DNA of 64,000 nt, taken from assembly GCF_004010195.1 (NCBI RefSeq), contig NC_057719.1, positions 37,926,200 through 37,990,199 of the forward strand, in the 5' to 3' direction. The position numbers were made by a program, and so were the translations under genes. Origin of the DNA: Chiloscyllium plagiosum (Eukaryota). Of the stretch, positions 61,440-64,000 are shown in pieces. Position 1 is the first letter of the stretch. Each line of letters begins with the position of its first letter. The notes under the pieces were generated by a model. That model was not told the origin of the DNA and searched no databases. It worked only from the letters and a program-made list of their open reading frames with translations.

Positions 61440-63937
61440 CTTTACTGAGGACTGCCGAGTTTTCACCTTCCCTCAGACCTGCCCCTCACTGAGGACGAAC
61501 GATCAGCCATCAGCAAAGGACTTACATTCATCCCCCTCTATTCATGCATCAACGAATTCAGTACACATTATGACGTTGAACACTTCTTCCATCACCTCCA
61601 CCTCCGAGCTTACCTTTTCCAACCAAGACCCCCGCCCACCTTTAGAGGACCCCTTCGCTTGCTCCAACACACCCCATCCACCTGGATATCCTGTGCCGGT
61701 CTGTTACCTGCCCTCAACCTCTTTATTTCCAACTGCCGCAGAGACATTAAGCGCCTCAACCTGTCCACCCCTTCTCTTTCACTCGAAACTCTCACCCTCA
61801 TAACGCATAGCCCTCCACTCCCTCTGCTCCAAACACAACCTCACCATCAAACCAGCAGACAAGGTGGGTGCAATGGTAGTTTGGCGCACTGACCTCTACA
61901 CTGCTGAAACCAGGCACCACTTGAAGGCACCTCCTCCAACCGCCCCCTTGACCACCACCTCACCTCCCATCACCAAACCATCATCTTCCTCATCACCGCA
62001 GGGGATCTTCCACCCACAGCTTCCAAACTCATAGTTCAGGAACCCCCACACCATTTGGTTCTACCTCCTATCTAAGATTCACAAGCCTGACTACCCTAGC
62101 CGACCTATCGTCTCAGCCTGCTCCTGCCCCACCGAATTCATCTCCACATACCACAATACTGTCCTATCCCCCGGGTCCAGGAACTCCCCACATACGTTCA
62201 GGACAGCACCCACGCCCTCCACCACCACCTCTAAGAGTTCCATTTCCCTGTCTCCCAACGCCTCATCTTCACCATGGACATCCAGTCCCCTATATACCTC
62301 CATCCACCATGATCAGGGCCTCAAAGCCCTCACCAGAACCTTTCCACTGACACTTTCATTTGTTTGGCTGAACTGGTCCTCACACTCAATAATTTCTCCT
62401 TTGAATCCTTCCACTTCCTCCAGACGAAAGGGGTAGCCATGGGCACCCGCATGGGCCCCAGCTATACCTATCTCTTTGTCGGCTACATAGAACAGTCTAT
62501 CTTCCGCAGTTTCACCTGCAGCACTCCCCACCTTTTCCCCCGCTACACTGATGACTGCATTGGCGCCACCTCATGCTCCCACGAGGAGGTTGAACGTTCA
62601 TCAACTTCACCAACACATTCCACCCCGACCTTAAATTCACCTGGACCATCTCTGACACATCCCTCCCTTTTCTGGACCTCTCCATCTCCAGCAACGGTGA
62701 CCAACTCAACACTGACATTTTCTACAAACCTACCGACTCCCACAGCTGCTGGATTACACCTCCTCCCAGCCTGTGAAAATGCTATCCCTTATTCTCAATT
62801 CCTACAGCTCCACCGCATCTACCCCTAGGAGTACCAGTTCCACCACAGAACACACCAGATGGCCTCCTCCTTTAAAGACCGCAATTTCCCCTGCCACGTG
62901 GTTGAAGATGCCCTCCAGTGCATCTCATCCACACCTCCCGCACCTCCGCCCTCAAAACCACCCCTCCAAACGCAACAAGGACAGAAGCCCCCCCAGTCCT
63001 CACCTACCACCCCACCAACATCCAATTACATTGCATCATCTTCCGCCATTTCCGCCACCTACAAACAGACCCCATCACCAGGGATATATTTCCCTCTCCA
63101 TCCCTATCCACTTTCCATAAAGACCATTCCCTCCGTGAGTACCTTGTCAAGTCCACGTCAGCCAACAACCCACCCTCCCCTCCCGACATCTTCCCCTGCC
63201 ACCTCAGGAATCACAAAACCTGCGTCCACACCTCCCTCTCACCTTGGTCCAAGGCCCCAAAGCAGCCTTCCACATCCATCAAAGTTTCACCTACACTTCC
63301 ACACACGTCATTTACTGTATCTGTTGCTCCCCACGTTGTCTCCTCTACATTGATGAGACAGGTTGCCCACTCTCAGAGCACTTCAGAGAACATCTCCAGC
63401 ACACCCGCACAAACCAACCCCACCGCCCTGTGGCCAACACTTCAATTCCCCCTCCCACTCTGCTGAGGACATACAGGTCCTGGGCCTCCTCCATCGCCAC
63501 TCCCTTACCACCTGACCCCTGGAGGATGAAAGCCTCATCTTCTGCTTTGGGATCCTCCAACCCCATGGCATCAATGTGGATTTCAACAGTTTCATTTCCC
63601 CATCCCCCACCTTATTCCAGTTCCAACCTTCCACGTCAGTACTGCTCTCCTGAACTATCCCACCTGTCCATCTTCCTTCCCAACTATCTGTTCCACCCTC
63701 CCTTCTGACTTTACCCCTGCCTCCATCCACCTATTGCACTCTCAGCTACCTTCCCCCCAGCCCCACCCACTGCCATTTATCTCTCCACCCCCAAGACTCC
63801 TGAACTCATTCTTGATTAAGGGCTTTTGCCCGAAACGTCGATTTTTCCTGTTCCTCGGATGCTACCTAACCTGCTGTGCTTTTCCAGCACCACACTCGAC
63901 TCTAAGCTCCAGCATCTGCCGTCCTCACTTTCGCCTA
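61440..63937 (+). mobile_element. Large Penelope-like element: RT + GIY-YIG + pLTR with degenerate hammerhead (63808-63843) and tail; frameshifted
   Basis: LPLTEDERSAISKGLTFIP, KPADKG, KIHKPD..RPIVSAC, FTMDIQS, GVAMGTRMGPSY, RYTDD, VIYCICC..CLLYIDETG..LSEHFREH. Confidence 0.95.
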
Positions 63938-64000
63938 CCTGACATCGAATGTGTCCATCTGGTCATAGTGGACTATATTGCTGCCGGTCTCTGGTGTTCC

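Overview
Vertebrate (not prokaryotic) genomic DNA, very likely from a cartilaginous fish (shark), inferred from HE1/V-SINEs, DeuSINE (SacSINE/AmnSINE-like) remnants and abundant HER1-type CR1 LINEs. One host protein-coding gene is recognisable: a single-exon ANKRD9(-like) CDS at 8497/8512-9423 (+), in a CpG island next to an assembly gap. Most of the rest is layered, decayed transposable elements: CR1 (ORF1 esterase, endonuclease, RT), a second CR1/L2-group LINE family, L1, RTE, Rex1/Babar, Penelope-like elements (PLE; RT + GIY-YIG), Gypsy-type LTR pieces, and Harbinger Myb/SANT and transposase fossils. The most interesting signal is a set of PLEs and short PLE-derived insertions. They carry minimal hammerhead-ribozyme motifs with covarying stems across four families, a stereotyped inverted-arm architecture lacking a 36-37-nt tail, and ~15-bp target-site duplications (TSDs). 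Also notable: two local inverted templated duplications, a shared 5'-truncation point in three CR1 copies, and a CpG-retaining RFX/ETS/Sp1-motif region downstream of ANKRD9. All calls are by eye; repeat boundaries are approximate and no database search was run.
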